Notes under the pieces: model-generated
The model's database searches: none
Told to the model about the DNA's origin: nothing
What the model saw: the letters and a program-made list of their open reading frames with translations, nothing else
Source: a virus
Virus record (IMG/VR): IMGVR_UViG_3300025128_000015
Span: 64,001-128,000 of that record
Direction: 5' to 3' (one strand)
Length of the DNA stretch: 64,000 nt
Part shown: positions 53,929 through 62,272 of the stretch, piece after piece
How positions within the stretch are numbered: position 1 is the stretch's first letter
Layout of the letters: each line of letters opens with the position of its first letter
Translations under genes and position numbers: made by a program

Positions 53929-54141
53929 ATGAATATAATGTTTTTACCAGAAGTGGATAGATTGATAAATATTTTCCCTAAGCCTTTGAAAATAAGAGAG
54001 ATGGAAAAAAAGATTGTCCAACCTGTTGAAAACACTAAGCTTTTATACAAAGATATCGCACACCACTTTAGTACAGAAGATTTAATAGAGTTAACAAAAT
54101 ATGCAAACAATATTCGAAAGTTGGAGAAGTTTTATGTCTGA
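53929..54141 (+). CDS. Hypothetical protein
   Basis: 70-aa ORF. Confidence 0.4.
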   Translation: MNIMFLPEVDRLINIFPKPLKIREMEKKIVQPVENTKLLYKDIAHHFSTEDLIELTKYANNIRKLEKFYV

Positions 54142-54544
54142 GCGCGTCGGTGAAGCTCATGAAAAAGATACTGATCAAGTTGGATTGGTTATCGTATTGG
54201 ATTCGCAAGAACGCGCATTGCTTATGAAAAGAAGCGAAGAAGTAGGTTATGGGGCCAATCAGTGGTCTATACCCGGTGGACATGTTCAAGAAGGTGAAAC
54301 CTATGAAGAAGGAGCGATTAGAGAGACTAAAGAAGAAACCAATTTAGACGTTTCTAATTTGGAACACTTCAAATCTAATGGCCGTCTTCATTATTACATA
54401 GCTCATGGTTTTAGCGGAGATCTCAAAATCAATTTTGAACATACAGACACAGCTTGGGTTACTTATAAAGATCTAGAAGACTATGATATTGTTGAAGAAA
54501 CAGAAGTCTTATTAAAAAAACTCTTAAAAGGGGTGAGTGAATAA
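54101..54544 (+). CDS. Nudix hydrolase with ENWRxF-like leader
   Basis: GGHVQEGETYEEGAIRETKEETNL; N-terminus MQTIFESWRSFMSE. Confidence 0.88.
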   Translation: MQTIFESWRSFMSERVGEAHEKDTDQVGLVIVLDSQERALLMKRSEEVGYGANQWSIPGGHVQEGETYEEGAIRETKEETNLDVSNLEHFKSNGRLHYYIAHGFSGDLKINFEHTDTAWVTYKDLEDYDIVEETEVLLKKLLKGVSE

Positions 54545-54618
54545 AATTCAATTAAAGAGTAGAAAGTCTAAAAAATGTTCTTATATTATAAATATAAGAA
54601 GTCTTACAGGAGGACACA

Positions 54619-54870
54619 ATGAAAAAAGTTTTATCAGTTTTAACAATCTTAACAATTTTAATTTTCAGCACTAGTGCTATCGCCGGAGGTGGAAAGGCAA
54701 AATCTAAATTTTATGATTTCTCCGACCAGCTTATTGATGGCACTATTGCCAAGCCACAAGCGATGGTGAATGATGTAAAAGGCAAGGTCAAGTTTGATCG
54801 TTTGCTTCGACTTAAGAAGTCATTCATGCCTTCGCTTTTGCAAACTGCAAAAGAAAGGGTTTTTAAATGA
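54619..54870 (+). CDS. Secreted CglF/GltF-like (myxobacterial gliding) protein
   Basis: Signal peptide; YDFSDQLIDGTIAKP...FDRLLRLKKSFMPSL resembles the CglF pattern as recalled. Confidence 0.55.
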   Translation: MKKVLSVLTILTILIFSTSAIAGGGKAKSKFYDFSDQLIDGTIAKPQAMVNDVKGKVKFDRLLRLKKSFMPSLLQTAKERVFK

Positions 54871-54970
54871 AATATGATAGGGAAGATGAGATTACCATTT
54901 ATATGCTGATCTTGTCTTCCTTTATCATGTTTGGTACTATAGCGTATGCTTTAATCGTGGGGTGTTGATT

Positions 54971-55144
54971 ATGTGTTTAGTGTGTATTGAATTTCAAAAA
55001 GGTAAATTATCTGTTCTTGAAGCAAAGAGAAATCTTAGAGAGATGCACACCAACGTTGGTACTGATCATACTCTTGAAGCGCTTAAAATAATTGAAGATG
55101 TAGAAGATATAGAAAAAGTAAAGGATGGCCATGACTTAGAATGA
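54971..55144 (+). CDS. Small CxxC protein
   Basis: MCLVCIEF. Confidence 0.5.
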   Translation: MCLVCIEFQKGKLSVLEAKRNLREMHTNVGTDHTLEALKIIEDVEDIEKVKDGHDLE

Positions 55145-55473
55145 AAATTGAATTCGATAGATTCACCATTAGAATCATTCCTGAAAATGAACAGGATGTA
55201 GCTTTCATAGAAGATACTATGGGTCTATGTGAGGATGGTGCTACTTTGTCTCTCGAAAGAATTGATAGTGAAAATATTGACATGGGGTTTAGATTGGAAA
55301 CCGATTTGCCAAATATGCCAAAACCTAGTAGAAACCAATCAAAAAAGAAAGTTGAAACATTTCAAAGACCTATAGACGATCTTATTGATGTCGTAGGGTC
55401 ATGGGACGGTCCACCATATAAAAGAAGCGGCGATACGAAAGAGCTAGACGAAAATTGGAGTAAAGAAGATTGA
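55141..55473 (+). CDS. Hypothetical protein
   Basis: 110-aa coupled ORF. Confidence 0.55.
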   Translation: MKIEFDRFTIRIIPENEQDVAFIEDTMGLCEDGATLSLERIDSENIDMGFRLETDLPNMPKPSRNQSKKKVETFQRPIDDLIDVVGSWDGPPYKRSGDTKELDENWSKED

Positions 55474-55611
55474 GCCCATATCACTCACATGAAGAAATAA
55501 CAGATGAACAAATAAGAGAGTGGTACAGTAAGGCTAGCTTAAATAAATTTAATGTTTTCGATGATTATAATAAGATCATACTTCAATTGTGTAGAAAACT
55601 ATTAGAAGGTA

Positions 55612-55833
55612 TTGATGATGAAAAATGAAAAAGTTGTCGAAAAATTAAAATTACAGATTAAGCAATTGAATGAAGAAATTGCAAAACTGATAGACGAGAA
55701 CCAATCTTTATGGGATATGCTTGAAGAAATAACAGCATCCGATATAAAGAATTGGTCGGAAACTCTTCAAAAAGAACATGAAAAAATAAAATTTGATAAG
55801 TTGATGATTACAAAAAAGATGGGTAATGCATAG
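55612..55833 (+). CDS. Coiled-coil protein
   Basis: Heptad pattern LKLQIKQLNEEIAKLIDEN. Confidence 0.55.
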   Translation: MMMKNEKVVEKLKLQIKQLNEEIAKLIDENQSLWDMLEEITASDIKNWSETLQKEHEKIKFDKLMITKKMGNA

Positions 55834-55847
55834 TTACTTATGTAATT

Positions 55848-57767
55848 ATGAAAAAGTTTTTGCTCATATTATCATTGGGTTTCATCTCTTTATCGTGTAG
55901 TGACCTCTTCATGGATGATCCGCAAATGACGTTTGCTGATATATCGCAAGCAGATGATGAAGAACTACCTACAGTTGTACCTTCGGAGAAATATAAGTTA
56001 GACTGTTATCGTACAGAATACTATTTTTGTCCAGGAGTTAGTGGACCTTTATTTAGGATTGCTGTTGTAAAAGATATTTGTAAAGATCCTCCAGAAGTTA
56101 TTTCGATGAGTGAGTGTGAAGAATTTCTTGAATGTGATCCTAGTCAGTTTAAAATGGGCGAAGAAGATTGTGTAACCCCAATGGGATTACCAGGTAAAAA
56201 AACCATCTATTGTGATAAAGGACATATCAAAGAAGGAAAATGTGAAACTGAATGTATCGAAGAAATCTGTGACGGTCTAGACAATGATTGTGATGGTGAA
56301 ATTGATGAAGGCCAATTAAATGCTTGCGGCGAGTGCGGCGCGGAAGATCCAGAGATATGTGATGGTATTGATAATGATTGTAACGGATTGGTCGATGAAA
56401 ATTTAGTTAGACCGTGTAACACAGAATGTGAAAGCGGTTATGAAACTTGTGTCGACGGTGATTGGGGTTCCTGTACAGCGAAACAGCCCGAAGAAGAAAT
56501 ATGTGATGGATTTGATAATGACTGCGACGGCGCCGTTGATGAAGGCTTAGATTGTCTTTGTACTATTCAAGACATTGGAACTTTATTTCCTTGTGAAGAA
56601 GATCCACTGCTTTGTGGTACAGGATATAAAACTTGTGAATGTAAAACACAAGATTGCACAGTAATTGGTTTTACTCCCTGTTTTGCTATGTGTGCATGGC
56701 AAACTCCATTGGATCCAAATTGTGATCCTCTTTTAGGTATGGCGCTTCCATATGAGCTATGTAATAATCATGATGATAATTGTAATCAGTTGATTGATGA
56801 AGATTTATATAAGATGTGTTATACCGGACCTCCGGACACTCTCAACGTAGGAATCTGTCTAGCTGGTATGCAAACATGTGAGAAGGGCGCCTGGGGGCAT
56901 TATAACGCATCCGGAGTGTTTATACAGGGGTATTGTAAGGATGAGGTCTTGCCGCTCTTAGAGGATAGCTGTAATGGGCAAGATGACGATTGTGATGGAG
57001 AGGTTGATAAAGAAGGTGAAATGGAAGATACTGACATTCTCTTTATTATTGATTGGTCTGGATCTATGCATTCTGAAATTGAAGCTGTATTAATGGCCTT
57101 AAATCAATTCGCTAAGAATTATAAAGACGAAGAAGTTATACAATGGGGATTAATTGTTGGTCCGCGGGTTCCTGGTAATTATGGTGCTAAGAATTACTTA
57201 GAAATAGTTAGTAATTTGGCATCATTTGAAGACTTTATGAATAAATTTTCTTCTCTCGACAAAAATACAATGAACGGACAACACGAAATGCTTTATGATG
57301 CTGTGTATCTTTCCTTAATGGATTTGACAGGTGCAGAGCCATGGAGCTTGGACGAAATGACATGGACAACAATGGTTGGAGATGCAATACAAGAATCGAT
57401 TCCAGAACTTGAAAATTTTAAAATTAACTGGCGTCCGAATGCAAAAAGAGTTATTATTACCTTCTCCGATGAACATGGGCAAAGCTTTATGATACCAAAA
57501 AGTATTTTAGGTGGTAGTTGGAATTCAAATTACGATGGAGTAACACAAGATATTCTATTAAGTATGATTGCGACGTCGCTAGATACGGTTATATATACTT
57601 TTAGTAATCTAACAAGCAAAAATTCTTCAATGCCGTTTGGCGATACTGGATGGGAACCTTTGGCTCTTATCAATGGTGGAAAGTGGTATGAGCTAAGCCA
57701 TAGTTCTACGCAAATGTATTCAAATCTTATGGAAATTATAGATAAAGAGGTTTGTGGAAACGAATAA
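55848..57767 (+). CDS. Lipoprotein with five MopE-type CDGxDNDCDG repeats and a C-terminal vWA domain
   Basis: Lipobox SLSC; five repeats; ILFIIDWSGSM MIDAS motif. Confidence 0.85.
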   Translation: MKKFLLILSLGFISLSCSDLFMDDPQMTFADISQADDEELPTVVPSEKYKLDCYRTEYYFCPGVSGPLFRIAVVKDICKDPPEVISMSECEEFLECDPSQFKMGEEDCVTPMGLPGKKTIYCDKGHIKEGKCETECIEEICDGLDNDCDGEIDEGQLNACGECGAEDPEICDGIDNDCNGLVDENLVRPCNTECESGYETCVDGDWGSCTAKQPEEEICDGFDNDCDGAVDEGLDCLCTIQDIGTLFPCEEDPLLCGTGYKTCECKTQDCTVIGFTPCFAMCAWQTPLDPNCDPLLGMALPYELCNNHDDNCNQLIDEDLYKMCYTGPPDTLNVGICLAGMQTCEKGAWGHYNASGVFIQGYCKDEVLPLLEDSCNGQDDDCDGEVDKEGEMEDTDILFIIDWSGSMHSEIEAVLMALNQFAKNYKDEEVIQWGLIVGPRVPGNYGAKNYLEIVSNLASFEDFMNKFSSLDKNTMNGQHEMLYDAVYLSLMDLTGAEPWSLDEMTWTTMVGDAIQESIPELENFKINWRPNAKRVIITFSDEHGQSFMIPKSILGGSWNSNYDGVTQDILLSMIATSLDTVIYTFSNLTSKNSSMPFGDTGWEPLALINGGKWYELSHSSTQMYSNLMEIIDKEVCGNE

Positions 57768-57791
57768 TCTATTTATATTGGGAGAAATATT

Positions 57792-59120
57792 ATGGGTAGT
57801 ATATATGGAGCTGATGCATCTATCACTGGATCTCTTGCAGTTGATGGTGATATTGACTTAGGCAGTGGTGATGATGATATAAATGTTGATTCTGGAACTT
57901 TGTTTATTGATGCTGATAATAATAGAGTTGGAATAGGAACGTTAACGCCCGACTATACACTTGACGTGGTAGGCAATATTGGAGTAGATCAATATATTTA
58001 TCACAATGGAGATGGTAACACACTCATCAATTTTGCTGATGATAAAATAGTCCTCAAGGCTGGCGGAAAAGCGATGGTTACTATGGAGGAAAAAGGTTCT
58101 GCTCCTCACGATGTTACCATTAATGACGGAGGCAACAATGTTGACTTTATTGTTAAGGGCAACGGCTCCAACGAAGGAAATCCGCTTCTAATGTGTGATG
58201 CTTCTACCGGTAGAGTAGGAATCAACGGCGTAGGTTCTCCCGAATGTGAATTGCATGTTGATGGCGACGTTAAAATCGCTGCTAGCTCAGGAGACACCAG
58301 CTTGATTGTACAAGGTACACAAGACGTTACACTCGGATTGGTCGCAGATACCGACAACTCAGGAGGAGAAGATCAAAACCCTAGTCTTTATATGTCACAG
58401 GAAACTTCAACAGCCGGGGCCTATCAATTTCTAATGGGTTTAGAAGGAACTGCCAATTTAAGTTTTACAGGCTCGTATACTAATCAACCATTTATTCTTT
58501 CGTTAAATTCTGAGACTCATAACTCCCTTCGAACATTTCAAATTGCCACAGCAGATGGTAATGATGTTTCGTCTAGATTTTCTATCGCAACAGGTGGTAG
58601 GATAGCTATTGGAGATGCAGTCCAAGCTGCTGATGCTCGTTTACATATTAAAGAAACCGTTGGTGATATTTTCAAAATGGAAAATACTACTGCTTATGGA
58701 ATTACTTATGGTCAATTGGTAAAAGAAAGCTTAACTCTTACTGACGGTGGATCGCCTTTAGATACAACTTTAGATCTTCCTGCTGCTTCTATGATTACAG
58801 ACGTTCTGATAACAATCAAAACAGCCGGCGGTGGTACAGCACATACAATCGATAACGTTGCTTTAACATATGGTGGTTCAACATCTAATATCAAAGGATC
58901 TAGTTTTTCTGGTCTGAGCTTAATTAATAATCCTTCTCAAGGAGTTGCTGCAGGAACACAATATGTTGTAGGAAATACAGATCAAAGTTTTCCTGCCGGC
59001 CGAGCAACAATGCTGCTTGCTGGTACTGCAGACGTAAAACTAGTTTACACAGATACAAATATTACCACTGAACCTATCGTAGATGTTGTGGTATTCTATA
59101 AGAAATTTGATACATCTTAA
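57792..59120 (+). CDS. Tail-fibre / structural beta-rich protein
   Basis: NNRVGIGTLTP and GRVGING repeats; Gly/Thr/Asp-rich. Confidence 0.65.
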   Translation: MGSIYGADASITGSLAVDGDIDLGSGDDDINVDSGTLFIDADNNRVGIGTLTPDYTLDVVGNIGVDQYIYHNGDGNTLINFADDKIVLKAGGKAMVTMEEKGSAPHDVTINDGGNNVDFIVKGNGSNEGNPLLMCDASTGRVGINGVGSPECELHVDGDVKIAASSGDTSLIVQGTQDVTLGLVADTDNSGGEDQNPSLYMSQETSTAGAYQFLMGLEGTANLSFTGSYTNQPFILSLNSETHNSLRTFQIATADGNDVSSRFSIATGGRIAIGDAVQAADARLHIKETVGDIFKMENTTAYGITYGQLVKESLTLTDGGSPLDTTLDLPAASMITDVLITIKTAGGGTAHTIDNVALTYGGSTSNIKGSSFSGLSLINNPSQGVAAGTQYVVGNTDQSFPAGRATMLLAGTADVKLVYTDTNITTEPIVDVVVFYKKFDTS

Positions 59121-59171
59121 TAAAAGTTGTTTTTTTGTATTTTTTATATTTATTAGAGGAGCTTTGCTATA

Positions 59172-60158
59172 ATGTATACATGGAAAAAATTCATTGAAGA
59201 AACAAAAAAGGTCGACTTAGAGGGTTTTAAGTTTCAAGATACCTTAAACCCTAAAGTTTGGGACAGAAAGCATCTAAAATCTGATGTTCGCGATAAGTTA
59301 ATGGCAATTGCAACGGACTTTTTCGTTGGACTTGGCTTCGATGAGAAGTTAATAGACGATATAACCTTTACAGGATCACTGGCAAACTACAATTGGTCCA
59401 ATTATTCAGATGTTGACTTGCATATTTTGGTCGATTTTACAAAAATTGATGAAAACACAAAGTTAGTTGGTGAATTCTTTCGAGCAAAGACGTCAATTTG
59501 GAACCAAAAACACAATATTGAGATTTTTGGATTCGATGTAGAACTTTATGTACAAGATTCTAATGAACCACACATATCAACAGGCGTTTATTCTGTTCAA
59601 AATCGTGATTGGTTGAAAAAACCTTCTAAGTCAAAGCGTAAGATTGATCTAGAAACAGTAAAGATCAAAGCATTTTCTCTTATGGATCAGATTGAAAGGG
59701 CAGAAGACTTGTATGATAGCCAAGATTATCAAGAAGCAAAGGATTATGCAGTAAAATTGAAGGATAAGATCAAGAATTTGCGTCGAACAGGGCTTTACAC
59801 CGGTGGACAATACTCAATTGAGAACATTGTTTTCAAAGTATTGCGTAGAAACGGGTATTTGGGACAACTATTTGGTTTAATTGGTCGTTCTTACGACAAA
59901 ATCATGTCTCTTAACGGCAATTTTGAGAAAAAATTGAAAATTTACGTAAATAAAGGCGAAGAAAACGAAAATGATGGCTTTAATCGTCTAGAAGAAGAAG
60001 AAAAGTACCAAAAAAGGGTCAAATCGCGCCACAAAAGGCTGAAAACAGCCAATTTAGGGCACTCTGTAGGCATTAAAACCCCTAATAGTGGTCCATATAA
60101 CGAAGATCCAGAGCTAAAAAGGGCTAAATCAGCCCCTCCAGGTTTTGGGGGTTCTTGA
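59172..60158 (+). CDS. Pol-beta-superfamily nucleotidyltransferase-like protein
   Basis: TGSLANYNWSNYSDVDLH, DVELY; N-terminus MYTWKKFIEE. Confidence 0.7.
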   Translation: MYTWKKFIEETKKVDLEGFKFQDTLNPKVWDRKHLKSDVRDKLMAIATDFFVGLGFDEKLIDDITFTGSLANYNWSNYSDVDLHILVDFTKIDENTKLVGEFFRAKTSIWNQKHNIEIFGFDVELYVQDSNEPHISTGVYSVQNRDWLKKPSKSKRKIDLETVKIKAFSLMDQIERAEDLYDSQDYQEAKDYAVKLKDKIKNLRRTGLYTGGQYSIENIVFKVLRRNGYLGQLFGLIGRSYDKIMSLNGNFEKKLKIYVNKGEENENDGFNRLEEEEKYQKRVKSRHKRLKTANLGHSVGIKTPNSGPYNEDPELKRAKSAPPGFGGS

Positions 60159-60181
60159 TATAAAGCAAACTATTTATAGTT

Positions 60182-61459
60182 ATGGATTTTAAAATGGATA
60201 AAGAGTTCAAGATCAACAACCATACAGATATGGACGTTAACGGTTTATCTGGTGAAATTACTAGACTATATCCTTATGCAAAGGAAAAATTAGGTTTTGA
60301 TAAGCCAGTTATCATTAATTTGCTGTCTGATCCCAAAAATAGCAAGAACATCTTTGGAAAAACAGCTCAATATAGTCCCTCCGACATGACTATTGATATA
60401 TTTGTTGATGGCCGACATCCAAAAGACATATTACGTTCTTTATCACATGAATTAGTGCATCATTCACAAAATTGTAGAGGAGACTTTGATAATTTAGATT
60501 CTACAGGAGAAGGGTATGCACAAAAAAATCCTTTTTTAAGAAAATTGGAAGCTGAAGCCTATTTACTAGGCAACGGTTTGCTATTTCGCGACTTTGAAGA
60601 TATGAGGAAATCAAAAATGAAAACTAACGAAAACAAATTCAACTTAAGAGATATGATTAGAGGAGTTCTCAAAGAAACATTCAATAATACATCGATAGAA
60701 GAAGATGCTTATGAAGATGAGCCAATGGAAGAAGGTGAAGAACAAATCGAAGCTTTCGATGAAGCAAAATTACCAAAAAACTGGCGGAGCCTTCCAACAA
60801 ACCATCCTGCTAGAGTAGCATTCCGTAAAAAGTATCGTGCACGCGGGGCAAAAAGGTCCGCGAAAAGAAAATCTGGTGGACCTAAAGTTGCTAGAACCAT
60901 GAACTTTTCTGATAAAGAGGGTAGTGTAATTACAGCAAAACCAAGAAAAGGTAGAGAAATGAAATTTTCTGATAAAGAGGGTAGTGTAATTACAGCAAGA
61001 CCATCGAAAAGGCGTAGAAGAAAAGGTCAAAGAAGCAGTGATAAAATGAGCAATCTCGCAAAACTTTTAAAGCTAACGGAACCAGAAAAGATGTTTGCTA
61101 AAAAGGGTAGTAAACCAAAAGGACCAAGAAGTCCCGATGCCATGGATGCAGCTATGAAGGCAGCAGGTGTAACTAAGAAAGATAGGCAACCTGGATACAG
61201 TTTTGATACAAAGAAAATAGCTGGTAAAGGTGAAGATGCTAAGATTGCTAAAACCATGGATAGAGAAGTTGAAGGTGATCCTGGTGCTAATATATTGGCT
61301 CTCATGAAGAATAAGGGAGATGAGAAACCCAAACGAATGACGGCGGATCCGGTGAAAGATCAGCTTAGAGAAGCAAAAAATAATGTAGATAATCGAAATG
61401 ATAAAGAGTGGTACAATGACACTCTTTTCGAAAATCTCGTTAAAAAATGGACAAAGTAA
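60182..61459 (+). CDS. HExxH metallopeptidase-like domain plus basic mosaic tail
   Basis: LRSLSHELVHHSQ; internal NLRDMIRGVLKE. Confidence 0.65.
   Translation: MDFKMDKEFKINNHTDMDVNGLSGEITRLYPYAKEKLGFDKPVIINLLSDPKNSKNIFGKTAQYSPSDMTIDIFVDGRHPKDILRSLSHELVHHSQNCRGDFDNLDSTGEGYAQKNPFLRKLEAEAYLLGNGLLFRDFEDMRKSKMKTNENKFNLRDMIRGVLKETFNNTSIEEDAYEDEPMEEGEEQIEAFDEAKLPKNWRSLPTNHPARVAFRKKYRARGAKRSAKRKSGGPKVARTMNFSDKEGSVITAKPRKGREMKFSDKEGSVITARPSKRRRRKGQRSSDKMSNLAKLLKLTEPEKMFAKKGSKPKGPRSPDAMDAAMKAAGVTKKDRQPGYSFDTKKIAGKGEDAKIAKTMDREVEGDPGANILALMKNKGDEKPKRMTADPVKDQLREAKNNVDNRNDKEWYNDTLFENLVKKWTK
60899..61003 (+). repeat. 45-nt near-identical direct repeat, 60-nt period
   Basis: Encodes MxFSDKEGSVITAxP twice. 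Confidence 0.9.
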
Positions 61460-62230
61460 ATGGATCCCAACATTGTTAAAGTTGAAGCTGCAAATACGGA
61501 TGGTTATTTAACTTCTACAAACTCAAATTGGGCTACAGCTAAAGGTGCAGCATCTGGAGGTACCGGATCTGGCGATACTGATACTTCTGCCAATTATTTA
61601 GAGATAAAAGCTGTTTTAAGTAGCGGTGATTACATAATAAGAAGAGCATTTATGCATTTTTCCTTTTCTTCTTTTATTGTCGACGATATTTCTAGTATAA
61701 ATATTCATTTTGGTGGAATTACCGGATATGTTGGAGATAAAATCATATTTGTTCAAAGTACAGCGTTTGATGATGCATTAAGTGCTGCAGATTTTGATGC
61801 TATAGTAACAACATCGTCAGGTGTCTATTCTGGAGCTACTGGGCATACATTATTAGAAAATGCTAATACTGTTGCTTTAAATTCAAATGCAATAAGAGAT
61901 GCCAAGGCAAATAAAGTCCTCCAGGTAGCTATTTTAGATTTTACTCATGATCTTTCGAATTCGGCGCCGACAGGAACAAGTTCTGTTTCTAGGATTGCAT
62001 CAGCAAACTTTGCTGCTCCCTATCTTGTTGTTAACGGCGCATATACTGTAAAACAATCAGAACCAGCAAAATTTATAAATAAAGATGAATTTGTTGTTGA
62101 TCGATATAACTCTGATGTATTCGGCCGACAGTTTTCAAAAAACACTGATCAGACCTTGTTTAAAATGGGTATTGCAGGTCCCGCAAACCTTCGTGCAAGA
62201 AATACAGCTTATAAGGTAACAAAGGGCTAA
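61460..62230 (+). CDS. Structural beta-rich protein
   Basis: Ser/Gly/Thr/Ala-rich; IIRRAFMHF. Confidence 0.55.
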   Translation: MDPNIVKVEAANTDGYLTSTNSNWATAKGAASGGTGSGDTDTSANYLEIKAVLSSGDYIIRRAFMHFSFSSFIVDDISSINIHFGGITGYVGDKIIFVQSTAFDDALSAADFDAIVTTSSGVYSGATGHTLLENANTVALNSNAIRDAKANKVLQVAILDFTHDLSNSAPTGTSSVSRIASANFAAPYLVVNGAYTVKQSEPAKFINKDEFVVDRYNSDVFGRQFSKNTDQTLFKMGIAGPANLRARNTAYKVTKG

Positions 62231-62272
62231 AAACAACTAATTACTAATGTTATCAATCATTAAGGAGTATTT

